DNA of 63,058 nt, filler included, from Octopus bimaculoides (taxonomy: Eukaryota), in NCBI RefSeq assembly GCF_001194135.2. It is 6 parts of 6 records of this genome, joined end to end, with 100 filler letters (N's around TTAATTAATTAA, not from the genome) between each part and the next. Parts side by side here need not be neighbours in the genome. Positions count along the whole stretch, not along the records: positions 22,651 to 36,669 come from NC_068991.1; positions 36,770 to 42,479 come from NC_068997.1; 4 more parts are not named here. One strand, given 5' to 3'. The position numbers and the translations under genes are program-made. The notes beneath the pieces were generated by a model. The model did no database searches and was not told where the DNA came from. It saw only the letters and a list, made by a program, of their open reading frames with translations. Shown piece by piece: positions 27,899 to 39,130 of the stretch. Each line of letters opens with the position of its first letter. The stretch's first letter is position 1.

Positions 27899-28549
27899 NN
27901 NNNNNNNNNNNNNNNNNNNNNNNNNNNNNNNNNNNNNNNNNNNNNNNNNNNNNNNNNNNNNNNNNNNNNNNNNNNNNNNNNNNNNNNNNNNNNNNNNNNN
28001 NNNNNNNNNNNNNNNNNNNNNNNNNNNNNNNNNNNNNNNNNNNNNNNNNNNNNNNNNNNNNNNNNNNNNNNNNNNNNNNNNNNNNNNNNNNNNNNNNNNN
28101 NNNNNNNNNNNNNNNNNNNNNNNNNNNNNNNNNNNNNNNNNNNNNNNNNNNNNNNNNNNNNNNNNNNNNNNNNNNNNNNNNNNNNNNNNNNNNNNNNNNN
28201 NNNNNNNNNNNNNNNNNNNNNNNNNNNNNNNNNNNNNNNNNNNNNNNNNNNNNNNNNNNNNNNNNNNNNNNNNNNNNNNNNNNNNNNNNNNNNNNNNNNN
28301 NNNNNNNNNNNNNNNNNNNNNNNNNNNNNNNNNNNNNNNNNNNNNNNNNNNNNNNNNNNNNNNNNNNNNNNNNNNNNNNNNNNNNNNNNNNNNNNNNNNN
28401 NNNNNNNNNNNNNNNNNNNNNNNNNNNNNNNNNNNNNNNNNNNNNNNNNNNNNNNNNNNNNNNNNNNNNNNNNNNNNNNNNNNNNNNNNNNNNNNNNNNN
28501 NNNNNNNNNNNNNNNNNNNNNNNNNNNNNNNNNNNNNNNNNNNNNNNNG

Positions 28550-29446
28550 ACATTTCGAGGTCACTGATGAACCTCGGTCAAGACGGCCAACTCTCGCAAT
28601 TACAGAGGACAAAGCCGACGTTGTACATGTCATGATTCTCGAGGACGGCCGGATTTCAGCTAACGCCACAGCATTCAAAACATTCTGGACATGATAAAGC
28701 TTTCTGAAAAATGGGCGTCGAAATACCTGAACGCAGATGAGAAGCGCATCAGAGTGGTGACATCAAAGGTGATTTGGGGCCAGTTTGCAGCGGGGGAGGC
28801 TGATTTTATGGCTCGTGTAGTCCTCATGGATGAAACTTGGCTTCATTATTAAGATTCCCAGACCAAGCAGCAATAAAATTGAGAGGCACTACAGCGGTCC
28901 ATTACATCCCAAGAAATTTCGGATCCAGAAGCCAGCTGGAAAGATTCTAGCTTCAGTGTTCTGGGACAAAGACGGAGTACTCCTCATAAAATACCTACCG
29001 AAGTGTCGTACCATCTATGCAGAATACTACATATCTCTGTTGGATGAACTACGTGAAGCTTTGAAGTGGAAACGCTGTGGAAAGCTGAACTGTGGTGTAC
29101 TGTTTTTGTTGGACAATGCATCAGCACACACATCACACGAAACTCTACGTAAAAACGCGACTTTGACTAAAAATTGGTAGACTACCCACCTTTCTCTCCT
29201 GACTTAGCCCCCTTCGACTATCACCTCTTTTCAGTACCGAAGAAACATCTAAAGGGAACGTAAATGATCGCTGCTACAGAGGCCTTGTTTGAGGCCCAAA
29301 CTTCCAAGTTCTTTTATAGGGCTTAGAAAAATTGAAGGACCACTACAATAAGTGCGTGAATCTGAGAGGTAAATGTTTTGAATAAAATCATAATTAACAG
29401 ATCCGCCTGTATCTACATTTACCCAAAGTAATAGCACCCTCTCGTA
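28550..29446 (+). mobile_element. Decayed mariner (DD34D-type) transposon; 5' end lost in an N gap
   Basis: DEPRSRRP, WASKYL (cf. WVPxxL), MDETWLHY, QKPAGKILASVFWDKDGVLLIKYL, FLLDNASAH, PPFSPDLAPFDYHLF; terminal TIR-like agcaccctctcg plus TA at 29445-29446. Confidence 0.93.
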
Positions 29447-29629
29447 ATATGACAAACACTATCGTTATACTAAAAGTTAAGCAATATTAATTCATACCAT
29501 CTTCTCTAAATGTATAGAATCGATGCTTGTGGACGTTAGACATCCACAAAATACTTTTTCATTATTTAAAATTTTGCTATCCAGCTAGCATTGAACACCC
29601 CCACGAGAATATAAACACACACAAATATA

Positions 29630-29832
29630 TTGGTCTCAAGTTTTAGCACAAGACCAAAAATTTTGGGGGAGGGGATAAGTCGATTAGATCGAGCCCAAGA
29701 TTCAACTGGTATTTATTTTATCAACTCTAAAGGATGACAGGCAAAGTCAACCTCGGCAGAATTTAAACCCAGATCGTTAGGACGGACGGAATGCCGCTAA
29801 GCGTGGTAACGATTCTGCCAACTCGCTGCCTT
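29630..29832 (-). mobile_element. SINE family B
   Basis: ctggtatttattttatc...aaggatga.aggcaaagtcaacctcggcagaattt...gattctgccaactcgctgcc. Confidence 0.85.
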
Positions 29833-29864
29833 AACACACACAAATATATTACACTCGGAAACAA

Positions 29865-29955
<91 letters not shown>

Positions 29956-31475
29956 CACACACACGCGCGCACGCACGCGCGCACACACACATACATACAC
30001 ACTATACACTGTGAGAACAACAAATTAAAAATATGTCGAAGGAAACATCCAAATTGGCCCTCCTCCACTTAATGATAATTTGAATAGAGGCAGCCTCAAT
30101 TCCTTCCATTTAATAACTTGAATAGAGGCAACCTCAGTTTATTAGCAGCTACATCTTCGCAAGATTACATTCTAACGTTCTCTTTTTTTTTTAATATGAA
30201 CGAGCCAGCATCAGTTATTTCGTATGAACTCCTTTACGACTGTAAATAGGGATGAATGTATTCCAGCAGGCTAACACAGCATTCGTGTATTGGGGACCGA
30301 CCTCATTGTATGTATACCATATAGTATGTTCTATTTTCAATATACTACCTCTATTTTGTGTTGTATTGTTGAGTGCTATAATTTGCGTTAAATGATTTGG
30401 TCAAAAGTAATAGAAATTTCCTGTGGTCTACTGTTTTTGGGTGCAACTGTTAAGCGTTTCATTAAAAGTTTAATTTTCTAGTCTCTCCACAAAAGAGAAG
30501 CTCTTTAGAGGACTGTGTAATAAGCAACATGTTGATGGAACACGAAAATAGATTCTTAAATTCCATTTGCTGACATTTATTACTCAATGAGAAATCTTTC
30601 ATATGTTTTGGTGATATGTTTCTAGTGGGTGGGGGAATTATGTTAAAAAAAAGGAACAAAAGAAGAGAAAGACAGAAATTTAAAATAAAAATATTTCTAT
30701 ACTATTTTGATGGTTACTTAAGATTTCTACATAAACAACCCCTGCTAAAAAATCCCAGTTTGATGCGATGTTAAATGTGAATAAGTTTCATATTTTCGAA
30801 GTATATGAATGCATATAAAAATGTAAATAAAAATGCGATATCAACTGCGAAATGATATGGATAATGAATATTTGAAATACCTCTTTTTTTTTTTTAAACA
30901 GGGAGACATTTACTGCNNNNNNNNNNNNNNNNNNNNNNNNNNNNNNNNNNNNNNNNNNNNNNNNNNNNNNNNNNNNNNNNNNNNNNNNNNNNNNNNNNNN
31001 NNNNNNNNNNNNNNNNNNNNNNNNNNNNNNNNNNNNNNNNNNNNNNNNNNNNNNNNNNNNNNNNNNNNNNNNNNNNNNNNNNNNNNNNNNNNNNNNNNNN
31101 NNNNNNNNNNNNNNNNNNNNNNNNNNNNNNNNNNNNNNNNNNNNNNNNNNNNNNNNNNNNNNNNNNNNNNNNNNNNNNNNNNNNNNNNNNNNNNNNNNNN
31201 NNNNNNNNNNNNNNNNNNNNNNNNNNNNNNNNNNNNNNNNNNNNNNNNNNNNNNNNNNNNNNNNNNNNNNNNNNNNNNNNNNNNNNNNNNNNNNNNNNNN
31301 NNNNNNNNNNNNNNNNNNNNNNNNNNNNNNNNNNNNNNNNNNNNNNNNNNNNNNNNNNNNNNNNNNNNNNNNNNNNNNNNNNNNNNNNNNNNNNNNNNNN
31401 NNNNNNNNNNNNNNNNNNNNNNNNNNNNNNNNNNNNNNNNNNNNNNNNNNNNNNNNNNNNNNNNNNNNNNNNNNN

Positions 31476-31508
<33 letters not shown>

Positions 31509-31509
31509 G

Positions 31510-31770
31510 ACGCCTTTCGGTCACGAGTCACGATGGAATTGCGTCTAGAAAGTTCCCTTTTGAAGCATAAGTACGGGCAAGTTTGTTTGTGGAATACCAG
31601 CAGTCGCTCATGTATACCAGTCCAGTCTCCCCTCTGCACGCCACTGACGTTGTCCAAGAGAAAGGTAAAGGCTGACACAACTTGGACCCAGTGATCTCGC
31701 AACTCAATTTGCACAGTGAAATAAAATGTCTTGCTCAAGAACCCAACATATAACCCAGTCTGGGATCATA
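31510..31770 (-). mobile_element. SINE family C
   Basis: Shares gtgaaataaaatgtcttgctcaagaac.caac with 5490-5600 and 55345-55537. Confidence 0.7.
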
Positions 31771-31889
31771 GCCTTACATTTGGAAGACCACGTGCCTCTA
31801 GATAGATAGACAGATAGATAGATAGATAGATGGATAAATACAAATATGCATACATACACACACACACATATATATATAAGTATGTATAT

Positions 31890-31969
<80 letters not shown>

Positions 31970-32487
31970 CATCAAATACATATACTAATGTATATTTTTT
32001 GTGCATTTTCCAGTAGCTGCAATGGCGTAGCAGAGTATAAAACTGTCATGACATCGATGTTGAAACACCTTAGAGTAGAGGGTCAAGATAACTTATCCTC
32101 AATCCCATTTGGGAGTTCTAGAGAGCGATGTTTCGCCATTCCTGTGGCTTGTCAGCATCACACACCCAATTGAGTTTTCATATGAAAAATCTTTTCTTAG
32201 GTATGAAATTCCCGGACATAACAGCATATATGTCGTAGACTTGCTAGGTGATTCGCCTTCAAGGCAAACAGGTACACACTGCTGACAAGCTACAAAAATG
32301 GCGAAACATCGATGTCTATACAGTTCTATATTTAAGAGATGGGGAATTATGTACATTATTTACATTATTTACATTGTTTGTTGATATACCTTCCAGCCTT
32401 CATCAGGTGTCTTGGGGAAATTTTGAAACTTGGTTCTCATTCCTAAGGTATTTTTTGATGATGTTATTATTATTATTATTATTATTC

Positions 32488-32557
32488 CACTGCCTGGAAT
32501 CGAACTGGGAATCTTGGGATTAGTAGCCCGCGTTCTTAATCACTACGCCATATGCCC
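32488..32557 (-). other. tRNA-derived Pol III promoter-like cassette inside the PLE 3' end (not a functional tRNA)
   Basis: Reverse complement reads GGGCATA TGGCGTAGTGATTAAGAACGC GGG CTACTAA TCCC AAGATTCCCA GTTCGATTCC AGGCAGT: A box, 7-nt anticodon-like loop and B box. The T-stem and acceptor stem are broken. Confidence 0.75.
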
Positions 32558-32586
32558 GTGGGCAATTATGGAGTGAAGTTTAGGGC

Positions 32587-33003
32587 TTATGAATCTAATA
32601 TTCTCTTATCCTTCCTTAATATCGGTTCCCATATTCTATTCATATCTGCACTCAGTCTGCTTAAGCGGATGTTGTGTCCTAGCAAAAGTGTAGCTTCTTT
32701 TAGTTTTCTTATTTTCCAGTGGTGTTCACTGTCTATTATTTTAACTTCAACCCACAGTAGGAGGTGGTCTCCATTTTTACATACATGATCAACTATACCC
32801 GATTTATCAATATCTCCCCGCGTCACAGCTTTGTGGTGTTCCTCTACCCTTATTTTGAGGGGGTGACATGTTTCTCCTTTGTATAACCTACCACAGCTGC
32901 ATGGGATGGAGTACACGCAGTTCTTGGCCATATTCTCTTCTATTGGTTGTTTTACTCGAAGAAGATATTTGCGAAGTGTTGTATTATTTTTTCCTGATGT
33001 CAT
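32587..33003 (-). pseudogene. GIY-YIG endonuclease domain remnant of the PLE
   Basis: ORF-track protein contains VYSIPC-SCG-RLYKGET-CHPLKIRVEEH and WKIRKLKEA, i.e. the GIY-YIG motifs with the catalytic Arg and Glu. Confidence 0.9.
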
Positions 33004-33796
33004 ATGGGCCGCATATCTTTCGTATTTTTTCGGAGAGGCCTTTTACATAAGGTAGACAGACTGTGGACAGTTTATCGGTTTCATCCTCTCTTTTCTTCAT
33101 TTCTTCATGGTAGATATCACAATCGCTACTTATATTCATTGCTCGATGTTTTAGGCACTGAGCAATCCCTCTCTTTACACTGTATGAATGGTGGGAGTTG
33201 AAATTGCGGTATCGTCCAGGGAAGGTCGGCTTGCGGTATACGGATTTTCCTGAATCCATACTTAGTGCGTGCTATTAATACGTCCAGAAATGCTAGCTGA
33301 TTGTCTTTTTCCTTTTCCATTGTGAACTGTATGGATGGCTTTATTGAGCTCACATGATCTAACAGAACTTGGACATCTCCCTGGTGGGGGCCAGAGTATG
33401 AAGGTGTCATCAACATATCACAGTCATAGAGTTGGTTTTAGTGGCTATTATCGGTGATAATGGCGAACCCATAGCTAAATCCTCTTCTTGTCGATATATA
33501 TCAGTGTCCATACTGAAGTAGGTAGTTTCTACACAGAAGGTCAACATTTCCATCAAGTTTCTTATTGGTATACTAGTGCGTTCTTTTAGACGGATGTCTG
33601 TCACTAGTTTTTCTTGAATCACCGATAGTGTTTCACCAGTTGGGACTATGGTGAGTTATCTCGCCGATCCATGACTCTAAGGTGTTTTAATACCTGCGAT
33701 ATGAGAGTCTTACACTCTGCTACACTATTGCAGCTACCAGAAAATACACAAAGCGTATACATTGGTATATGTATTTAATAATATTTATTAAATTAG

Positions 33797-33952
33797 AGCT
33801 GTGCGGTGAGAAGCTTGCTTTCCAATCACATGGTTCCGGGTTCGGTCCCACTGCATGACACCTTGGGCAAGTGTCTTCTACTATAGCCTCGGGGCGACCA
33901 AAGTCTTGTGAGTGGATTTGATAGACGGAGATTGAAAGAAACCCGTCGTATA
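33797..33952 (+). mobile_element. SINE family A, 5' half
   Basis: ggttccgggttcggtcccactgc...agtggatttg...gaaagaaacccgtcg. Confidence 0.88.
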
Positions 33953-34084
33953 TGTATATTCTATTCAAACATTATGCATCTCCTTTAAGTTCAACAGCAT
34001 AGCCATTTGTATGATTGGCTGTAGAGATTCCTAAAGGAGTTGCTCTTAAGAAGCCAACTAAACTTCATATAATTGTGAACCTGT

Positions 34085-34290
34085 ATAGAATTGACTATTC
34101 AATTAAGGACATCCCCACCCCATCAAAACATCTATCTTTTAAAATACTTCTCGAAAAATCAGAAGAGACTTTATTTAAACATTTCGGATAAGATTTTTAA
34201 ACCTCAAGTAAGATAAATTTAATCATTGTTTGTTAAGAGTGGGTTTCAATTTCTTAATAAAGTCCTTTTCTTTGCGTTTTCTCTCAATTT
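34085..34290 (+). pseudogene. Decayed N-terminal fragment of a Neptune-type PLE ORF
   Basis: RIDYSIKDIPTPSKHLSFKILLEKSEE resembles the recalled YSLKNIPIPS...KLIEK.E...RW start of invertebrate Neptune ORFs; frameshifted afterwards. Confidence 0.45.
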
Positions 34291-35104
34291 CATTCAGGTT
34301 GTAAAGTTTATGGAATAGTTGTGTGTGTTGGANNNNNNNNNNNNNNNNNNNNNNNNNNNNNNNNNNNNNNNNNNNNNNNNNNNNNNNNNNNNNNNNNNNN
34401 NNNNNNNNNNNNNNNNNNNNNNNNNNNNNNNNNNNNNNNNNNNNNNTATATATATATATATATATATATTCAAATTTTGTACTTGAAGCAACTCAGTAAC
34501 GTTAGCACTACTAATATTTCGTACTTAATGTACGTTCTTGTTAAACGCAACAACGCTACGGTAATTCGTTTAAGAGAGGTCCCTTTAAAAACATATAATG
34601 TTACAAAACACTGCATACTTCGAACGTTAGAGAAACGAGATCACTCCGAAAGTGAACGAGAGTGACAGTCACTGATATTTTGAGGTTAGTTTTGTTCTTC
34701 AGTGTTATACACTCCTCAACACCCGAAACGACTCACAACAATCAACCAGAAATATGTATACAAGTAGCGTAAAAATCTATTTGCTCTTTAAAGACATTTT
34801 CCTTAGAAGCGTTTAACAACACATTAGCAAATCCGAAACTACGCCGGAAATAGTCAACACTGCTACTTAAAAGAACTTTCTCTAAACAGATTACCTCATC
34901 ACTCGTGCGTTTGAAAAACTACAAACAACAAAAGCGCTTGTTGTGAATGATCCATCTCTTTCTGTTCTTTTTAAAGATTAAAAAACAATAAAAAACATTG
35001 ATAACTCTAAATTTAAGACAATCTTTCTTGAAATATCGTGACTGTATCAAGAATACTTTCTAAAACCATACATACATACAGATATACGTACATACATATA
35101 CACG

Positions 35105-35173
<69 letters not shown>

Positions 35174-35184
35174 GAGAATATACA

Positions 35185-35335
35185 AATAATAACAACAGAC
35201 GAGGACAGGTGGTGTAAATAACAAAAGTATATATTAGTATGACGCTCGGGAATACGGAAAGTCTTTGACGTTTCGAGCTACGCTCTTCAACAGAAAGAAT
35301 ACGGAGACAAGGAGAAAAACACGGAGAAAAAAAAA
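35185..35335 (-). mobile_element. Family E PLE pseudo-LTR fragment
   Basis: Reverse complement matches 56115-56280 and 18490-18662 (hammerhead, then cgagcgttaaactaataca...ttgtttacaccacctgtcctcgtc). Confidence 0.75.
35262..35298 (-). ncRNA. Minimal hammerhead motif, family E (A6U core variant)
   Basis: Reverse complement TCTTT-CTGTTGA-A-GAGC(gta)GCTC-GAAA-CGTC-AAAGA: perfect helices I and II, GUC triplet. Confidence 0.7.
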
Positions 35336-37325
35336 TTGTATATATATATATATATATATATAAATGAATGTGGTGGTAGCTCTTCGTCGCTTAACAATGA
35401 GGATTCAATTGTTTGATTGACTGAATTACCTGCACCTTATTTACCAAGTAAGTCGTTGAGCATTATACAGAGAAGAGCAAATTAATGTAGTTCTGATGAG
35501 GAATCTGTGTGGCACAGTGTGTGAATTATTACCACTGCAACCTGCCATACGCTCTTCTATACTGTTCATGTCTGCCCAAGTTTACTTGAAAAGTATGCCT
35601 CAACTAAAAGATATACAAAATTACATTCGTGAAAGATGTCACGCATGAAAGATGTCTTTCAAAATATAAGTACTGGGTTCGATACATACCACTAAGAATT
35701 CTTCAAGGAGGTTCCCCACAAGGCCGCCGTTTAATGAGCTAACAAAATAAAAGATAAAAATATATGTACATACATGTATACATATATACATATTGTTATA
35801 CGCATATACTCACTTATAGACACGCATACATTAATATTAAAACATATATCAATTAAACCTATTAATTAAATATTTCGAAAAACCAGCGTTTTTTTTCTTC
35901 TCTGAACCAGAACGGAATTCCAGGCGTCTTATATTTGCATAAAACATAATTAGCCGCATGCATACACGGCATTAACAGCTATTTCTTTTGTTCAAACTAT
36001 TGTTGCCTTGATTGAAAATTCTCAGATTTTTGACTCACACAAACGTCACACCGCTTCTTTGATGTGAAGCTCCCGTTCCTAAAAGGTGGCGCATTATCGA
36101 CAATGGACCAGGTAAATGTGAATCCGGGAAAACTTTTCTAACGCAAAAAACCATATAAATTTCCACAAAGCTGCAGCACATTTTCTCTCGAGGATGACAA
36201 ATAAATGTTTATGCTTGTAATAATTTCGGTTGTATGGAGTTTATGACATTCATAATAACATTACCACGAGAATCAGAAATGAAATCAAAAAGCGAGAGCT
36301 TGAAGCATAAGTTTTCGCAAATGTGTTATTCACAAAGGTTTCTAAACGAAATAACATAATGATAATCGTTTCCTTCAAAATTTTATTTTATATAAAAAAA
36401 AAATATTAACAGTGAATATTCAAAAGAAAGCCAAGCTCGATTTACAAGCTGTTGATGGGAAACGAGCAGCTTGGAGCAATGGAAATCGGAGCTTTCTTTT
36501 ATAATGTATTTAGGAATACTCTAGAGTCGTATTGAGTCCTGTAATTTATTGCTTCTGATGAGCCAACAGACACACATACACACAATATATATATATATAT
36601 ATAAGTACTAACGCAAGAAACGCTCAGACCTTGAGTTACTCTGTTGCTTCTGATATATATATATATATANNNNNNNNNNNNNNNNNNNNNNNNNNNNNNN
36701 NNNNNNNNNNNNNTTAATTAATTAANNNNNNNNNNNNNNNNNNNNNNNNNNNNNNNNNNNNNNNNNNNNTTAGTTATTCGGCAAAAGTAAAACATTTACT
36801 AGGCTCTATTTATTCGACTAAATCTTTTTAAGGCGGTTCTCCAGCATAGCCACAGTCTAATGATTAAAATAAGTAAAAAAAAAAAAGGTTAAGCTGGCAT
36901 ATTACCTACACATACACGTGCAGTGACATGGTCAGCATTGAAGACAGTGGCCTGAAGTTTTAGGCAAACCTTTGGAGATAAGCTTGTTTACACATGATAT
37001 CGCAGCAGCGAGATTTTTTTTTTTTTTTCAAAATCCATCCATTTTTTTACTTCAGTTAGTTGATTAACCAACGTCTTTATCTACTACGCTATGCTCGTAG
37101 ACAAAGGAGTTGTGGCATAAACAGTGCAGTCACCTAAGGGGTTCTGAATTCAATCCCAAGCAAGGCACTAAGGTAATGAAAATATAAAAATAATAATTGC
37201 TATTGGTGGTCAGTTCTTGGTGAACTTTGATCCAGCAGACATTTGATTAAAGACATATGGTCTCAGCCGTCACAATCTAGTCTTTTGTTCAAGCATACAG
37301 CCCCTATTCTACTGCTGTTGTTCCT

Positions 37326-37554
37326 TATTTCTTTATTGCCCACAGGGTGCTAAACATAGAGGGGACAAACAAGGCGAGACAAAGGGATTAAGTCAATTAC
37401 ATCGACCCCAGTGCGTAACTGGTACGTAATTTATCGACTCGAAAGGATGAAAGGCAAAGTCGACCTCGGCGGAATTTGAACTCGGAACGTAAAGATAGAC
37501 GAAATACCGCTAAGCATTTCATCCGTTGTGCTAACGTTTCTGCCAGCTCACCGC
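37326..37554 (-). mobile_element. SINE family B, full length with TSD
   Basis: Reverse complement has A box TGGCAGAAACG, B box GAGTTCAAATTC and central ctttcatcctttcg.gtcgataaatta.gtacc; flanked by GCTGTTGTTCCT at 37314-37325 and 37553-37564. Confidence 0.92.
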
Positions 37555-37906
37555 TGTTGTTCCTGTTGTCGAATAACGCTGATCACTAGAATACCAACAT
37601 AATTATTCAACCAACACCTCGCAGCTACCCATTTAACAGCATGGATGTATATGATATTTACAATATTGCATTTTAAAGCGGTGCTAGCTTTTCTAATTTA
37701 CTAATACATGTCCCGTTTGTCACTAATCCATGTCATCACTGATCCGAGAGAACAAGGTACGTTCATTTGTGAACTATACTACGTTATCACTGATATGAAC
37801 TGATATAACACGGATCGGTGACCAGTCGAAGATTCTGTCTATATTGAAAAACGCGCTAAAGGCATCACCCAGTGTCCAGCTACCAACAATGCACTAACTG
37901 TCGCTT

Positions 37907-37970
37907 ATGCTTACTATGGGCCGCGCTTTTGGTGTCAATGAATCTACCATTAGATCTATTTCCAAAGTGT
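37907..37970 (+). pseudogene. pogo/Tigger (CENP-B-like) N-terminal HTH remnant
   Basis: MGRAFGVNESTIRSI matches the conserved GR.FGVNESTIRSI helix-turn-helix; no downstream DDE domain seen. Confidence 0.55.
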
Positions 37971-38256
37971 TTGGAAATGATTCGTTTATCAGGGATTCAC
38001 TAATCACTGATTTTGTTGTTGTTTTATTTTCTTTGGAACCAGACACCCGTGATACACGAACACTGATGTTGGAGAACTGCAGTTATTTCTCATCAACAAG
38101 AATATTTCAGAACAAATGTGAATTGTGGTCCCTGCAGTTGACTGGCCGAAAAGTACTGGGAATTTAATGCCAATTAAACTCTCACTTACTATGTTACTCT
38201 CTAGCCTTGATTTCTTTTCGGGTTTTCTCCGTTTGTTCTTGGTTCTAAAGAGAGTA

Positions 38257-38542
38257 CAAGCATGCCTCAACTTACGTCGTTTCGAGTTAGATATTTTTCG
38301 ACTTTATGAAGGTGTTTCTTTCTGGAAATTAATGGCAAAAATGAACTTCAGCTTACAGTCGATATATCCGATTATACGTCGGATATAAAAATAAGGAAAA
38401 ACACCTAAAATTCAATACTAAAGAGGAAAATCAAATAAAATACACGTGAAAATATGTACAAACCATTTATTAGACAAAAACTAAATTTTTTCAAATGTAC
38501 GAAGTTACGTACGAATTAGCGACGTAATTTGAGGTATGCCTG
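38257..38542. mobile_element. Tigger/pogo-like MITE
   Basis: Termini (TA)CAAGCATGCCTCAACTTACGTCG and reverse complement (TA)CAGGCATACCTCAAATTACGTCG, 22/25 identical; TA TSDs. CAGGCATACCTC is the Tigger1-type terminus. Confidence 0.8.
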
Positions 38543-38564
38543 TATATACTTCAGGGCAATGCTT

Positions 38565-38630
38565 TATAAGGCAGAAGCATTTAGCTGTATAAGGCAGAAG
38601 CATTTAGCTGTATAAGGCAGAAGCGTTTAA
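38565..38630 (+). repeat. 3 x 23-bp minisatellite
   Basis: tataaggcagaagcatttagctg repeated. Confidence 0.92.
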
Positions 38631-38839
38631 CTCCCTTAGGTATTACGTATCCCAAATCCGCATAACTCTCACCGTATTGCAGATCCTTTTCATACAATAC
38701 GTTCGTCTCTTTTGAGAGATACAACAAAGAAAAAACCGGAAAACCCCGGTAGGGTGTGGTATAAGGGATATTTGACTGTTACTTCTAGAGTCTTCCTCGT
38801 TAGCTCTGTGATAGTGACGGCAGGTGGGGTAAGATGTAA

Positions 38840-38929
38840 TAATGATCGAGGTGGTGGGGGTGCCGATGATGATGACGACAACGACGATGATGATGATGGT
38901 GGGAATGATGATGATGATGATGGTGGTGG

Positions 38930-38981
<52 letters not shown>

Positions 38982-39042
38982 CGTCATCATCATCATAGTG
39001 GTGGTGGTGGTGGTGGTGGTGGTGATTTTTAAGACTGACTAA

Positions 39043-39106
<64 letters not shown>

Positions 39107-39130
39107 AGGGGGAAAGAAAGTGCGACAGAA
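38840..39130. repeat. (GAT)n/(GGT)n/(GAAA)n microsatellites
   Basis: Direct reading. Confidence 0.9.

Larger units (their letters stand above)
32309..33647 (-). mobile_element. 5'-truncated, frameshifted Penelope-like retroelement (RT + GIY-YIG, Poseidon-type) with its 3' pseudo-LTR
   Basis: Minus-strand frames give VPTGETLSVIQEKL...FCVETTYF...YRQEEDLAMGSPLSPIIA, then YVDDTFILWPH (33406-33417), IQFTMEKEKDNQLAFLDVLI, SVYRKPTF..GRY.NFNSHH (thumb), and CVYSIPCSCGRLYKGET..LKIRVEEH (GIY-YIG). Stop at 32587, then a non-coding tail homologous to 51546-51864. Confidence 0.93.

Noticed and set aside
36026-36111. Apparent AG...GT exon ending ATGGACCAG|GTAAAT
   Set aside because: Stops in all three frames; could only be a UTR plus three-codon start exon, which cannot be supported without transcripts.
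36555-36625. CTGATGAGCC...GAAACGCTC
   Set aside because: No helix II complement before GAAA; the words are separated by a microsatellite.
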